A stretch of 64,000 nucleotides of DNA from Oligoflexia bacterium (lineage in GTDB: Bacteria; Bdellovibrionota; UBA1018; CAIMNF01), in contig CAIKYX010000130.1 in assembly GCA_903831745.1 (NCBI GenBank), positions 5,653-69,652 of the forward strand. The letters are read 5' to 3'. The stretch's first letter is position 1. The number at the start of each line of letters is the position of its first letter. Positions 1 through 11,189 of the stretch are shown in pieces. The position numbers were made by a program, and so were the translations under genes. The notes beneath the pieces are model-generated. The model was not told the origin of the DNA and did no database searches. It worked only from the letters and a program-made list of their open reading frames with translations.

Positions 1-1340
1 ACCCAATTGGCGGTACATAGTTTCGACTCCACGGAAGTCGAAGTTAAGTGTTGGCAATCCTTTTCCATCTGGATATCCGGCCTTGGCCAAAAGCTCTTTT
101 GCCTTTGCCAGATTGTAGTCGTATTTGATGGTGGTAGTGCCAGCGCGGTCAGAAAGGCCCGAAGGACAAACTTCGGTTTGCTTTGACCCCATGTACTTCG
201 CAAAGGTATCCATCCATTTATCGCGATCAATGGCCGCGGACAACGCCTGACGAAGGTATTTATTCGACATGACTTTATCTTTGATATTGAACTCGACATA
301 GTAAATGACCAGTGAATCCTGCCACTCAGGAACCACACCTTTTTTCGCGAGTTCGGGAGTTGGATTGGATCCATCCACCATCGATGCGCGAAAAGTATCT
401 TTCATCAGCTCGAAAGAATCGAGATCACCGTTTTGAAACTTAAGAAAACGCGGCTGATCTTCTTTGACCACTTCGAACATCAAGCCATCGAGCATCGGCA
501 GCGCTTTGCCCGCGTCTTTCAGAAAACCTGCATTCTTAAGCTTTTCTGATCCGCTGACAGAAGGATACGCTTCTTTGAAAGAAGGGTTCTTGACGAGAAC
601 GAGCTTTTGATTGGTTTCCCAGCTCTTTAGAATAAAAGGACCTGTTCCGACCGGATGGTCGCGCATATTGCCATCTTTATCGGCGTACATCTCGGCAGCT
701 TCGTGAGCAACCGGAGAGGTAAAGGTCATCGCCAGAATGTAATTCAGGATAGGATACACTTGGGTAAGTTTGAACTCGACCGTGTAATCATCCTTGGCAG
801 TGAAACCTTCAACCGGACTTTCGAATACTTTTTTGAAATCTTCAGGCTTGGCAGCTTGAAGGGCTTTTTCGAATTCGTTGAACCCTTTGATCTTGCCTTC
901 GAATACCCAAGCTCCTTGAGATTGAATCGCAGGAATCGCGAGACGTTTGAAAGCAAAGATAAAGTCTTGCGCTTTCAGTTCGCGACCTTTGCCACTAGTT
1001 GCCTTAAAGCACGCATCGTCAGCAAACATGATTCCTTTTTTGAGTTTTACAGTAACGGTCAAGCCGTCCTTCGAATACTCAGGCATGCCATCAGCCAGCT
1101 TTGGCTCGAGAGTAGTCGTGTCTTCGAGATATTTATACTGAAGAAAACTCTCCATGATGTTCGGAAGCACTTCGTTTCCGATCGAATCATATTCATTCGC
1201 AGGATCAAGCGTCTTGACGTCGTCCTTGAGTGCGACTCGGAGCACGTTGCCCGGACCTTCTTTTTTTGTACAACCACTGATGATCGACGAAACCGTGATC
1301 AATGCAAATACCACTAACGGGAGCAGTTTTTTCTGCTTCA
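1..1340 (-). CDS. Periplasmic solute-binding protein, family 5 (oligopeptide/nickel ABC transporter, OppA/DppA-like); C-terminal end cut by window edge
   Basis: Reverse-strand reading frame begins ATG at 1338-1340 and reads MKQKKLLPLVVFALITVSSIISGCTKKEGPGNVLRVALKDDVKTLDPANEYD... (lipoprotein-type signal peptide with Cys). The remaining sequence resembles ABC-type peptide-binding proteins. The plus-strand ORF 655..1317 is its antisense shadow. Confidence 0.75.
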
Positions 1341-1400
1341 TAATGACTTCCTTCTATTTGTTAATGGGCACCCAATCTCATCGACTTCGAGCGTGACCGC

Positions 1401-4064
1401 TCAAGCTTTGAGCTTGTTTACTACAAACTGCCGGGCAGATGCAACTGCTTCATGAAGACCTGAAGCATTTGTACCACCTGCCTGAGCAAAATCAGGTTTG
1501 CCACCACCTTTGCCACCAAACTTTTCTGCACAGGCCTTGATGACTTCACCTGCATTCAAATTTTTAACCGCAGCACCGACCGCTACTACCATGAAAGGCT
1601 TGCTCGCTTCCGGCTCTTTTACCGCAAGAATACTGACTGAAGCCGGATTCTTGGCTTTGATACGGTCCGCCATTTCACGAAGTTTTTTCATTCCGTCAGC
1701 TGAGTCCTGCACCACCCCAGAAACGATGACGACCCCATTTTCGGTAACCGCCTGAGCCATTAACTCATCGATTTCGGCACCCGCCTGAGCAGCCTGAGCC
1801 TTTTCGAGCTTCTTGGACAACTCTCGAGATTCTTCAATGATGCGTTCGATCTTATTTGGAATTTCATCGACGGTCGAAGCCTTCAGCTGATCGCGGACTT
1901 GCTTTAGTTTTTGATCCTGTTCGCGCAAGTATTCAAATGCCCCCTTCGAGGTGTAGGCAATGATCCTGCGAACTCCTGCCGCAATACCGGCTTCGGACGC
2001 GACTTTAAAGAGGTTGATTTCAGAACTTCGGTCTACATGGGTTCCACCGCAAAGCTCGGTCGAAAAATCTCCGACTTGAATGACACGAACTTCGTCTCCG
2101 TATTTTTCTCCGAAGAAGGCAATCGCGCCAGCTTGAATTGCAGCGTCTTTCGACATCACCCGCTTGCTGACGACATCACCCAGCCAGATCTTCTGATTGA
2201 TCAGATTCTCGACTTGTTGAAGTTCGTCCTGAGTCATGGCCTGAAAATGTGAAAAGTCGAAACGAAGCAACTCTGGGGTAACTAGTGATCCCGCCTGCTT
2301 GACGTGTTCGCCGAGCACTTTTCGAAGTGCCCACTGAAGCACATGAGTGGCAGTGTGGTTCCTTGCAGTCAAAGCCCGGGTCTCGTCAGCCACTTTTTGA
2401 ATGACTTCGTCCCCTACCTTGAGCACGCCTTTTTTAACTTTCAATTGCGCGACAATGAGATCGCCCACCGGGCGCTGTACATCAATGACGTCTGCTTCGA
2501 ATCCGCGATTGGCAGTCCATACCGTGCCGCGATCGCCAGATTGTCCGCCCGATTCGCCATAGAATGGAGTCTTCGAGAAAATGGCATTCAGTAACTCGCC
2601 ATGTTCTTCCGACTTCTGCGGAATCAGTGCAAGAACTTTTCCGGCTTCTTCGAGTTTCTCGTAACCGACGAATACCGGTAATTGCTTTTTGCCCTTCAGG
2701 TCGTTTGCAATTTCTTGCCAGTTCGAATCGAGAGCTTGATCGCCCGAACCTTTCCAGGATTTGCGCGAGTCTTCACGCTGTTTTTCCATCGCGGCTTCGA
2801 AATTTTTCTCATCAACCGTAATGCCACGCTCTTCGCAGATGGTGCGGGTGAGATCGAGCGGAAACCCGAAGGTGTCATAAAGAGTGAATGCGACTGAACC
2901 TGGCAGCACCTTTTGCGCGCCCAATTTTTTAAGCTCTTCATCGAGCAAACCCAGTCCGCGATCGAGAGTCTTAAAGAATTGTTCTTCCTCGGCATGAACG
3001 GCGCGTTCGATAAAGGCGCGTTTGTCGACCAAATCAGGATAAGCACCCTTCATCTGATCAATGACGAAACCGCAAACTTTGTGCAAAAACGGTCCTTCAA
3101 ATCCGAGTTTTCGACCATGGCGAATCGCCCGGCGCATGATTCGTCGCAAAGTGTAGCCGCGACCTTCGTTTGAGGGCATGACCCCATCGCCGATCAAAAA
3201 AGTAGAAGCGCGAGCGTGATCAGCGACCACGCGAAATGAAAATACCAATTCATTCTTTGGATCGTAGGGCTTTCCCACAAGTTTCGAGGTCTTGCCGATA
3301 ATATCTGCAAAAATATCGGTATCGTAATTGGTTTCGGCATCCTGAAGAATCGAAGTCAGGCGCTCGAGCCCCGCCCCCGTATCGACAGAGGGCTTTGGAA
3401 GCGGCGTCAGCTTGCCAGTGGCATCGCGATCATATTGCATGAAGACGAGGTTCCAGAACTCCATGTAACGATCGCAGTCGCAGCCCATTTTGCAAGTAGG
3501 CTTGCCGCAGCTATATTTTTCTCCGCGATCGATGAAAATCTCAGTACATGGACCGCAAGGACCGGTATCACCCATCGACCAAAAGTTATCCTTTTCGCCA
3601 AAACGATAAATCCGATCGAGCGGAACACCCTCTTGTTTATTCCAGATCTCGGCTGCTTCGTTATCGGTTTCGAAAACGGTCACATAGAGACGATCTTTCG
3701 GAAGCTTATATTCTTTGGTAACGAGTTCCCACGCGTAGTGGATCGCTTCTTTCTTAAAATAATCTCCGAATGAGAAGTTTCCGAGCATTTCGAAAAAAGT
3801 ATGGTGTCGGGCAGTAAAACCCACATTTTCTAAATCGTTGTGCTTTCCACCGGCTCGAACGCATTTCTGAGAAGTGGTTGCACGAGTATACGGCCTTGGA
3901 TCTTTACCGAGGAACACATCCTTGAACTGAACCATTCCGGCGTTCGTAAAAAGTAGAGTCGGATCATTCTGTGGAACCAGCGACGAGCTTTCGACAACAC
4001 TGTGCCCATTTTTTTTGAAGTATTCCAAGAAGATAGATCGAACTTGAGCGCCGGTCATTCGCAT
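1401..4064 (-). CDS. alaS: Alanine--tRNA ligase
   Basis: 887 aa. Conserved AlaRS N-terminus (MRMTGAQVRSIFLEYFKKNGH...FTNAGM), editing-domain HxxxH/CxxxH region (HTATHVLQWAL...CGGTHV), and C-terminal DHHA1-like GGGKPDFAQAGG. Confidence 0.95.
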   Translation of the reverse strand: MRMTGAQVRSIFLEYFKKNGHSVVESSSLVPQNDPTLLFTNAGMVQFKDVFLGKDPRPYTRATTSQKCVRAGGKHNDLENVGFTARHHTFFEMLGNFSFGDYFKKEAIHYAWELVTKEYKLPKDRLYVTVFETDNEAAEIWNKQEGVPLDRIYRFGEKDNFWSMGDTGPCGPCTEIFIDRGEKYSCGKPTCKMGCDCDRYMEFWNLVFMQYDRDATGKLTPLPKPSVDTGAGLERLTSILQDAETNYDTDIFADIIGKTSKLVGKPYDPKNELVFSFRVVADHARASTFLIGDGVMPSNEGRGYTLRRIMRRAIRHGRKLGFEGPFLHKVCGFVIDQMKGAYPDLVDKRAFIERAVHAEEEQFFKTLDRGLGLLDEELKKLGAQKVLPGSVAFTLYDTFGFPLDLTRTICEERGITVDEKNFEAAMEKQREDSRKSWKGSGDQALDSNWQEIANDLKGKKQLPVFVGYEKLEEAGKVLALIPQKSEEHGELLNAIFSKTPFYGESGGQSGDRGTVWTANRGFEADVIDVQRPVGDLIVAQLKVKKGVLKVGDEVIQKVADETRALTARNHTATHVLQWALRKVLGEHVKQAGSLVTPELLRFDFSHFQAMTQDELQQVENLINQKIWLGDVVSKRVMSKDAAIQAGAIAFFGEKYGDEVRVIQVGDFSTELCGGTHVDRSSEINLFKVASEAGIAAGVRRIIAYTSKGAFEYLREQDQKLKQVRDQLKASTVDEIPNKIERIIEESRELSKKLEKAQAAQAGAEIDELMAQAVTENGVVIVSGVVQDSADGMKKLREMADRIKAKNPASVSILAVKEPEASKPFMVVAVGAAVKNLNAGEVIKACAEKFGGKGGGKPDFAQAGGTNASGLHEAVASARQFVVNKLKA

Positions 4065-4268
4065 TCCTTTCGGTGGTAATTCCGTGAAGAGTTGGATTCA
4101 TTAATTTAAGGACAATGCAGACTTGATGCAAGAAAAGCTTTTAAGAATGGGGCCTTAACCGTGAGAATCAACCAATATCAATGAGAAAAAGCCTACCTTT
4201 TCCTCACCAAACCCTGATTGACCTTTTTGATCAATTATCATAAGATCCAACTCATTAAAGAGGATTAT

Positions 4269-4919
4269 ATGAAAAACAAGATCACAAACAAGTTTCAAAA
4301 ACTGGCCGCTCTCGGAGCGCTCTCCTTCCTGGTCGTTATTCAAAGTGCAAAAGCAACTCCACCCACATTTGTAGAAGGAGATTTTGATATCAACGGCCCA
4401 GCCCACGCCGAATTTACCATCACCTGGGAACCCTCAACTTTGATTGAAGGCCCAACCGCCCACATTAACAGCCATACTGACGATGGTTCTGGCGATGGCA
4501 CCTGGTCAGAAACTTATTACACGATCCGCTTTCAGGTAGGCCGTGTTCACGCGGTCATCAAGCGCGCCGACAACAACATCATCCTGCTCGACTATGGTTT
4601 TCCGCTTTATATGAACGGTTCAAGCTACAGTGGCATTGATGTTTATCAAGCAAGCTTCGAGGCGATCAACACGAGCTACCTCGATAACTCACAAAGTTCT
4701 CACCTGATCCAATCGTTCATGACCTTCGGAACCAACCTGAACGTCAGCGTGGCTGGACTTCAAAAGCACAAGGTCTATTCAGCAGAGGACATCGAAAAAG
4801 TGAACTGGACCAGTCCCGATCAGGTAACCGGTGGTCGCCCAATCCAACATTCATTTTTCGTATACGATGCCCAAGACTATGTGTATGCGAAAGCGCATCG
4901 CGATGACGATCCGACCTGA
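4269..4919 (+). CDS. Hypothetical secreted protein
   Basis: GAGGA RBS 6 nt upstream of ATG 4269. N-terminus MKNKITNKFQKLAALGALSFLVVIQSAKA is a signal peptide. No recognisable catalytic motif. Confidence 0.55.
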   Translation: MKNKITNKFQKLAALGALSFLVVIQSAKATPPTFVEGDFDINGPAHAEFTITWEPSTLIEGPTAHINSHTDDGSGDGTWSETYYTIRFQVGRVHAVIKRADNNIILLDYGFPLYMNGSSYSGIDVYQASFEAINTSYLDNSQSSHLIQSFMTFGTNLNVSVAGLQKHKVYSAEDIEKVNWTSPDQVTGGRPIQHSFFVYDAQDYVYAKAHRDDDPT

Positions 4920-4921
4920 TT

Positions 4922-4938
4922 CAGGGATCAAACCCCTG
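4922..4938. terminator. Weak hairpin between convergent genes (4919 stop / 4946 stop)
   Basis: cagggatcaaacccctg: 5-bp stem CAGGG/CCCTG. No U-tract; weak. Confidence 0.2.
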
Positions 4939-4945
4939 GCTCGAG

Positions 4946-5854
4946 CTATTTCTTAGGTAGGTTCGGAAAATTAAATACTTTGGTGGCATTTTCGTAAAAC
5001 ACCTGTTTCCAGAATTTTTTAGGAACCGCCTGCTTGAATACATTCAGGTATCCCTTCATGTCGGCCAGTGGCCAATCTGTTCCGTACATGAGTTTTTTCG
5101 GATCATCGACGTAGCCCTGAATCCAAGTCAGAGGCTTGATAATAAAATCCTGAAGTTCCTTTTTCGGTAATTTTCCGATGATGCCGATTTCGAATGCCGA
5201 GCCATCGAGGTAAACATTCGGATTCTTATACGCCACTTCAGCCGCGGATTCGATCCAAGGGTTTCCGCAGTGAGCGATGACGAGCTTGATGTTCGGATGA
5301 TCGACAGCTACCTCATCGATGGTCAGCGGATCAGCAAACTTAAGTTTTCCTTTTACCGAATAAGTATCGCCCGTATGAAACACTACGGGCACCTTGTATT
5401 TTTCGGCCAATTGATAAGCTGGCTCGTATTTTTTGTCATAAGCCCACTGATGCACATAACCCAGATAGATTTTGATACAGCGATACATGCCCGACTTCAG
5501 ACCCGCTTCGATCGCCTTGACGTTCACATCAGCACCGGTGCCGGCACAATGAATGACATTATATTTGTCGAGATCCTGATACCCTTCTTGATTCTCGCCA
5601 GTATGCACGACCGCACCCACTACCCCGAGCTCTTTCATTTCTTTCTGATACTGCTCTAAAGTATCTGGAATCTTGCTTGTTTTTTCTGGCTGTCCCGAAA
5701 AGTGATTGTGCGTATGGGCATCGATAACCGGAAAAGTGCCGTCTCCCGGTTCGCCCGAAAATGGATCTTTTGTGGCTGCACGAGCGCCTCCCGTGAACAA
5801 TACACACACGAATAACGCACCCAAAACCACCTGCCGAACACCTGAATTTGCCAT
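4946..5854 (-). CDS. Amidohydrolase-family (TIM-barrel metal-dependent hydrolase), secreted
   Basis: 302 aa. Signal peptide MANSGVRQVVLGALFVCVLFTGGARA, then DAHTHNHF (HxH metal-binding start typical of the amidohydrolase superfamily), later HTGD and HCG motifs. Confidence 0.7.
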   Translation of the reverse strand: MANSGVRQVVLGALFVCVLFTGGARAATKDPFSGEPGDGTFPVIDAHTHNHFSGQPEKTSKIPDTLEQYQKEMKELGVVGAVVHTGENQEGYQDLDKYNVIHCAGTGADVNVKAIEAGLKSGMYRCIKIYLGYVHQWAYDKKYEPAYQLAEKYKVPVVFHTGDTYSVKGKLKFADPLTIDEVAVDHPNIKLVIAHCGNPWIESAAEVAYKNPNVYLDGSAFEIGIIGKLPKKELQDFIIKPLTWIQGYVDDPKKLMYGTDWPLADMKGYLNVFKQAVPKKFWKQVFYENATKVFNFPNLPKK

Positions 5855-5944
5855 ACTTGATTTTTATCATTCGCCTGATTAAAGAACAAGTTTTAGCACG
5901 ATTATCCTAGTGCGCTTGCCCGAACGCCTTGCTAAGTTTAAGGC

Positions 5945-6418
5945 ATGAATACACTTCCTTCACCCGCCCTCATCATAGATTTTAAGGATTATGAACAGTA
6001 TCATCAAAGCAAAGGAAACAAGCTTTTGCACATGGTGGGAATTCCCCTCGTGCTATTTAGTTTACTCGGATTGCTTTCTCACGTGGTGCTTTGGAGCCCC
6101 GGAGCGGCCGATGCACTCTTTCGAGTCGATCTCGGAATCATCTTGTTTTTTGTCGGAGCGATTTATACCGCGCGGATTGATGCAAAACTCTCCGTTCCTT
6201 ATTTGCTGTTCGCGTATTTGAATTACTTGCTTGCCCGTCACCTTTCGCTACCGGTATTGACAGGACTACAGGCGCTCGCCTGGATTTTTCAATTGGCCGG
6301 ACATTATGTTTTCGAAAAGAAGTCTCCTGCTTTTTTTAGCAACCTCGCTCAACTTTTCATTGGTCCACTCTGGATTTTTGCCTGGATGATCGGTTACTAT
6401 CGACCTACTCAATCATGA
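5945..6418 (+). CDS. Small polytopic membrane protein (DUF962/Mpo1-like)
   Basis: 157 aa with 3-4 predicted TM helices. Composition resembles the DUF962 (YGL010w/Mpo1) family. Stop overlaps the next ATG (ATGA at 6415). Confidence 0.5.
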   Translation: MNTLPSPALIIDFKDYEQYHQSKGNKLLHMVGIPLVLFSLLGLLSHVVLWSPGAADALFRVDLGIILFFVGAIYTARIDAKLSVPYLLFAYLNYLLARHLSLPVLTGLQALAWIFQLAGHYVFEKKSPAFFSNLAQLFIGPLWIFAWMIGYYRPTQS

Positions 6419-7356
6419 AAATACTTATTCCGATCCTATTTTGCATTACCCTGAGCGGCTGTGATTTCTCGTGCTCCGGAAAACCCAAAAACACCTTTAA
6501 GGCCAACTACGACGAGAACTACGCTTTTGAAGTCATTCAGAAATACGAGAAGTTCGGCCCGAAAGTTCCGGGCACCGAAGCCCACAAAAACACCGGCGAT
6601 TGGCTGGTGTCGGAATTAAAGCGATTGGGAGCCACCGTCGTTGAGCAAACGACGACTGCGGTCACCTTCGATCAAAAAACAATTCCTGTTCGCAATATCA
6701 TTGCTCAATACAATCCTAAGGCCAACACGCGCTATTTGTTTTCGGCACATTGGGATAACCGTCCTTTTGCCGATCAAGACACCGATCCACTCAAAAGCCA
6801 CGAACCGGTTCCGGGCGTAAACGATGGAGGAAGCGGCGTTGCCATTCTACTCGGAATTGCAAAAGCCGTTCAGGGTATGGATCTTCCGTTCGGAATTGAT
6901 CTGGCACTTTGGGACGCCGAGGATTGGGGAAGCCCACATAATCCCCCTTCTTATTGTTTGGGTTCGCAGTATTGGGCGAAGAATCCGGTTCCAGCCAATT
7001 ACCACGCCCAATTCGGTATCAACTACGACATGGTCGGACGTTTGGGTTCGGTTTTTCCGGAAGAAAATTACTCGCTTAAGAACGCTCCAGAAGTCATTGA
7101 AGGACTGCACCGTGCGGCGAAAACCCTAGGTTACCAGGATTACTTTCCGACCTATAAGATTGGTCCGATCGTAGATGATCACTATTACGTGCGAGAACTG
7201 AGACAGTTTCCGATGGTCGATCTGATCTACATGACCCAAGAAGGTGGCTTTCCGCCCGAATGGCATACCCACCTCGATACTTCGGAATACATTTCTCGTG
7301 ATGTGCTGAAAGTGGTGGGACAGACTTCTCTTGAACTGCTCTCAGAGCAAAAATAG
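6415..7356 (+). CDS. M28-family zinc peptidase / glutaminyl-peptide cyclotransferase-like lipoprotein
   Basis: N-terminus MKILIPILFCITLSGC is a lipobox. HWDNRPFAD, GVNDGGSGVAILLGIA and DAEDWG match the M28/glutaminyl cyclase zinc-ligand signature. Confidence 0.75.
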   Translation: MKILIPILFCITLSGCDFSCSGKPKNTFKANYDENYAFEVIQKYEKFGPKVPGTEAHKNTGDWLVSELKRLGATVVEQTTTAVTFDQKTIPVRNIIAQYNPKANTRYLFSAHWDNRPFADQDTDPLKSHEPVPGVNDGGSGVAILLGIAKAVQGMDLPFGIDLALWDAEDWGSPHNPPSYCLGSQYWAKNPVPANYHAQFGINYDMVGRLGSVFPEENYSLKNAPEVIEGLHRAAKTLGYQDYFPTYKIGPIVDDHYYVRELRQFPMVDLIYMTQEGGFPPEWHTHLDTSEYISRDVLKVVGQTSLELLSEQK

Positions 7357-7398
7357 GGTCTCACCGTAAAATCAGATTTGTTTTTTTCAGCAGTTCTC

Positions 7399-7947
7399 TT
7401 AATTTAGGCAAACGAGATCTTTGACTGGGTAATACGCATCATCCGCACCTTCTTCTTGATACCAAAAGGGAGATTTCTTCAGCTGCGGATCTTCGGTAGC
7501 ACCCTCGAACGCATTATCATCCTGCACGCGAGTGTAAATCACTTCGGTGCCCATATTGTAATTGACGCGCGCACGACGATAGCTGAGGTGATGGCACAAA
7601 TCGGATGGCTCGTTGACATTAAAAAAACCACGCGCTTTTACACCATTGATACTCGCCGATAAAATGTGAGCGTTCTGCTCTTGATCGAGCGTGTATCCCA
7701 GACAAACGACGTATTTCTGAACGGGAGTATTGTTGCGACTATCGTGCGTCTGCTTTACGCACATTCGCTGCTCGCCCAAGTCTTCGACTGGAGGTTGGGC
7801 CATTGCTTTGTTGGCAATAACAGTCGTTAGCTTTGCGGGACCAGGAAGATTGATCACCGCCGTGTTGTCTGGAGTGTTTGCACGCGCACCACTCGGATTT
7901 AGAACAAAGCCCATGAAAATGCCGAGAATAATCCAAATTTTATTCAT
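7399..7947 (-). CDS. Hypothetical secreted protein
   Basis: Signal peptide MNKIWIILGIFMGFVLNPSGARA (internal start preferred over the 7956 start). Several Cys residues. No family recognised. Confidence 0.5.
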   Translation of the reverse strand: MNKIWIILGIFMGFVLNPSGARANTPDNTAVINLPGPAKLTTVIANKAMAQPPVEDLGEQRMCVKQTHDSRNNTPVQKYVVCLGYTLDQEQNAHILSASINGVKARGFFNVNEPSDLCHHLSYRRARVNYNMGTEVIYTRVQDDNAFEGATEDPQLKKSPFWYQEEGADDAYYPVKDLVCLN

Positions 7948-8052
7948 TGATATCACCTTCTCCGGATGCAGACCTGTCGCAATTTAACATTTTATGTTTA
8001 ATAAATCAATCTGCAATTTGCCAATCGATCTTGAATATGCGACCTAATTACC

Positions 8053-8637
8053 ATGGCAAAGAAAAGTCCAAAAGTTCGATGTCCTTGGGCGGGTGAAAAA
8101 GACTATATGATCGCTTACCACGACAAGGAATGGGGGCGCGCAGTGCACGATGACCAAACCCATTTTGAATTCCTGATCCTAGAAGGCGCCCAAGCCGGAC
8201 TATCGTGGGATACTATTCTAAGGCGCCGCGAAAACTATCGAAAAGCCTTTGCCGGCTTCGATGCCAAAAAAGTCGCCCGTTTCGACACAAAGAAAATTGC
8301 CGCACTCCTGAAAGATGAAGGCGTCATTCGAAACCGCCTGAAAGTAAATGCCACCGTTACCAATGCCCAGGCATTTCTCGAAGTTCAACAGGAGTTCGGT
8401 ACCTTTGATCGCTATATCTGGAGCTTCGTCAAAAACAAACCTATCGTTCTTCACCCCAAGGGCAGTCGCGACTTCAGGGCGACTTCGCCCGAAAGCGATG
8501 CCCTATCGAAGGACCTCAAAAAGCGGGGATTCAAATTCGTTGGCAGCACCATCATGTATGCGCATATGCAGGCCTGCGGCCTGATCGTCGAGCATACGGT
8601 CAGCTGTTTTCGTTACACAGGGACTATTTATTCCTAA
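8053..8637 (+). CDS. tag: DNA-3-methyladenine glycosylase I
   Basis: 194 aa. [19 protein letters not shown]...[17 protein letters not shown]...HMQACG matches the Tag zinc-binding and HhH signature. Confidence 0.9.
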   Translation: MAKKSPKVRCPWAGEKDYMIAYHDKEWGRAVHDDQTHFEFLILEGAQAGLSWDTILRRRENYRKAFAGFDAKKVARFDTKKIAALLKDEGVIRNRLKVNATVTNAQAFLEVQQEFGTFDRYIWSFVKNKPIVLHPKGSRDFRATSPESDALSKDLKKRGFKFVGSTIMYAHMQACGLIVEHTVSCFRYTGTIYS

Positions 8638-8660
8638 GATTTCATGCTAATCTTTTCGAC

Positions 8661-10019
8661 ATGACCGAAAATACAACCCCTGTGACCCCATCCCGCGAAC
8701 TCACCGATTTTGCGGATCTCGTATCCCTCTGCAAGCGCAGGGGCTTTATTTTTCCATCCTCCGAAATTTACGGCGGCATCGGCTCTTGTTGGGACTACGG
8801 CCCCCTCGGAGTAGAGCTCAAACTGAACATCAAGAATTCTTGGTGGCGCGCCATGACCGATCGCGATGATATTGAAGGTCTCGACGCCTCGATCCTCATG
8901 CACCCCCGTACTTGGGAGGCTTCGGGCCACGTCGAAGGCTTTGTCGATCCACTCGTCGATTGTAAAACCTGTAAAGGTCGTTTTCGCGCAGACAAACTCG
9001 AACACGCCAACTGCGGCAAGAAGTCTTCTTTGCGCCCTGGTCAACATGGCGAATGTCAACTCACCGAGCCCCGTCAGTTTAACCTGATGTTTAAGACCTT
9101 CATGGGACCACTCGAAGAGTCTTCTAGTGTGGTGTACCTTCGTCCCGAAACCGCCCAAGGAATTTTCGTCAATTTCGAGAACGTGCAACAAACGGCCCGT
9201 CAGAAAATTCCGTTCGGGATCGCCCAAATCGGAAAAGCCTTCCGAAATGAAATTACTCCCGGCAATTTTATTTTTCGTACCCGCGAATTCGAACAAATGG
9301 AAATGCAATACTTCGTCAAACCGGGCACCGATATGGAATGGTTCGAAAAGTGGAAAGAAGTGCGCGTTAATTGGCACTTAGGCAACGGCTTACGCCGCTC
9401 GAAGTTGCGCTTTCATCCACACGGACCGACCGAACTTGCGCACTATGCACGAGCGGCCTTTGACGTAGAGTACGAATTTCCAATCGGCTGGCAGGAAATC
9501 GAAGGAATTCATAACCGCTCTGATTTCGACTTGCGCAGACACCAAGAGTTTTCTGGCAAGAAGTGCGAGTATTTCGATGAAGCAGCCAAAGAAAAATACC
9601 TTCCTTTCGTAATCGAAACGTCAGTAGGTTGTGATCGCGCTCTTTTGGCAGTACTTTGTGATGCATACCGAGTAGAAGGCGAGCGCACGGTGCTTAAGCT
9701 TCATCCAAAACTCGCTCCTTACAAGGTGGCCGTGTTTCCGCTGATGAAAAAACCCGAGCTTCTCGAACTGACAGATAAGGTCTACGCCGACATGAAGGCA
9801 AACTTCCGCGCCACTTACGATGAAGGCGGAACCATTGGTAAACGCTACCGTCGACAAGACGAAATTGGCACTCCATTTTGTATCACCGTCGATTACGATG
9901 GACTCACCGATCAAACCGTCACCGTCCGCGAACGTGATGGCATGACTCAGGAACGCGTCGCCATCGGCAATCTGACGAGATACATTCAGGATAAAATGGC
10001 CGCGTGGAAATCTGAATAA
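8661..10019 (+). CDS. glyQS: Glycine--tRNA ligase (single-chain, class II dimeric type)
   Basis: 452 aa. Class II motifs ([25 protein letters not shown]; [16 protein letters not shown]; anticodon-binding C-terminal domain [26 protein letters not shown]). Confidence 0.93.
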   Translation: MTENTTPVTPSRELTDFADLVSLCKRRGFIFPSSEIYGGIGSCWDYGPLGVELKLNIKNSWWRAMTDRDDIEGLDASILMHPRTWEASGHVEGFVDPLVDCKTCKGRFRADKLEHANCGKKSSLRPGQHGECQLTEPRQFNLMFKTFMGPLEESSSVVYLRPETAQGIFVNFENVQQTARQKIPFGIAQIGKAFRNEITPGNFIFRTREFEQMEMQYFVKPGTDMEWFEKWKEVRVNWHLGNGLRRSKLRFHPHGPTELAHYARAAFDVEYEFPIGWQEIEGIHNRSDFDLRRHQEFSGKKCEYFDEAAKEKYLPFVIETSVGCDRALLAVLCDAYRVEGERTVLKLHPKLAPYKVAVFPLMKKPELLELTDKVYADMKANFRATYDEGGTIGKRYRRQDEIGTPFCITVDYDGLTDQTVTVRERDGMTQERVAIGNLTRYIQDKMAAWKSE

Positions 10020-10038
10020 TAGGTGTCGGACACCTATT
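10018..10038. terminator. Bidirectional intrinsic-terminator-like hairpin between convergent glyQS and the GT4 gene
   Basis: Perfect palindrome aataggtgtc g gacacctatt (8-10 bp stem) in the 21-nt gap between the two stop codons. Confidence 0.45.
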
Positions 10039-10040
10039 GA

Positions 10041-11189
10041 TTACCGTGAACGGCGCCTGAGTACGCGCTTATAAATCTCGAGCAATTTTTCTGTACGGGT
10101 GTTCCGATCATAATTCTGTCGGGCAAACTGCACTGCCCGCTTGCCCATGACCTTAAGCTCTTCAGGATCCTCTAAGATCATTCGGAGGCGGCGCTGTAAA
10201 TCAAACGAATCGCCTGATCGCATCAGGAGTCCGCCCTGCGAGTTACCGATCCACTCACTCGAATCGGGGCCTGAAGCACAGATAATCGGTGTTCCCATCG
10301 CCAGCGCTTCGATCGCCTGAAGCCCGAACATCGCCTTGCTCGAAGGGATGATATAAACATCGAGCGACCCCAATACTTTTGGAATCGATTCTTCGACGGG
10401 CGCCAAAATGATCTGATTTTGAAGATGAAACTGACGAATGAGTTCGATCAGATCTTCATTGCCGTTGTGCTCGAATCCGATAATCACAAACTTGGTGCGG
10501 GTCGCAAGCTCTTCGTTTCTTAAGAAAGAGGCTGCGGCCTTGATGAATGCGGCTTGCGCCTTCTTGTACTCCTGGGTCGCAATCATACCGACTACATAAT
10601 AGTCGGATTCGATTCCCCATTTCTTTCGAAGGACCGTAAAGTCAAAATGATCCGGATTGAAAATATTAAAATCGAGCCCTGGATGTACCACCCGCACTTT
10701 GTTCTCGAGAGTGGGTCTCATGCTTTGAATGCGCTTGCGAAGTGCTTGCGACGGAACCAACATGGCGTCAATGCGGGGATAGAAGAATGACTGAAAAATA
10801 TGTCGCCACTTTTTTCCGACCCGAGGCCCTTCCGAAACGACGATCGGAATCTTGGCCATTCTTACCATCCAAGGCAGGATGCTTCCGAGATATTCGGAAC
10901 CGAAAATATGAAGAAGGTTTGAATTTCCGGCTAACTGCTCATCAAGAAGATCACGGAAACCGCGATCGAGGTTGTGCGCGGGCGGCGAATCGAGTCCGAT
11001 GGCATGACTCTTACCGATTTGAATCACCCGATCATAAATCGGAGACCCTTTCATGCAAATGATTTTCCAATTCAAGCCGCGGCCATTCAGCTCGTAAATG
11101 TCTTCGAGCGCCAGCTGCTGGTCCTCGCCGAACCCCTGACTCAAATCAATGAATAAGACGGACGGGTCACGTTCTTGAAAAGAATCCAC
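10041..11189 (-). CDS. Glycosyltransferase family 4 (GT-B, retaining; LPS core/WaaG-like)
   Basis: 382 aa. C-terminal EX7E-like region GLQAIEALAMGTPIICASGPDSSEWI typical of GT4. 5' end overlaps the heptosyltransferase gene. Confidence 0.8.
   Translation of the reverse strand: MDSFQERDPSVLFIDLSQGFGEDQQLALEDIYELNGRGLNWKIICMKGSPIYDRVIQIGKSHAIGLDSPPAHNLDRGFRDLLDEQLAGNSNLLHIFGSEYLGSILPWMVRMAKIPIVVSEGPRVGKKWRHIFQSFFYPRIDAMLVPSQALRKRIQSMRPTLENKVRVVHPGLDFNIFNPDHFDFTVLRKKWGIESDYYVVGMIATQEYKKAQAAFIKAAASFLRNEELATRTKFVIIGFEHNGNEDLIELIRQFHLQNQIILAPVEESIPKVLGSLDVYIIPSSKAMFGLQAIEALAMGTPIICASGPDSSEWIGNSQGGLLMRSGDSFDLQRRLRMILEDPEELKVMGKRAVQFARQNYDRNTRTEKLLEIYKRVLRRRSR

Noticed and set aside
655-1317. 220-aa plus-strand ORF
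   Set aside because: It lies entirely antisense to the well-supported solute-binding protein gene (minus strand 1-1340). The sequence is low-complexity with no motifs, so it is a shadow ORF.
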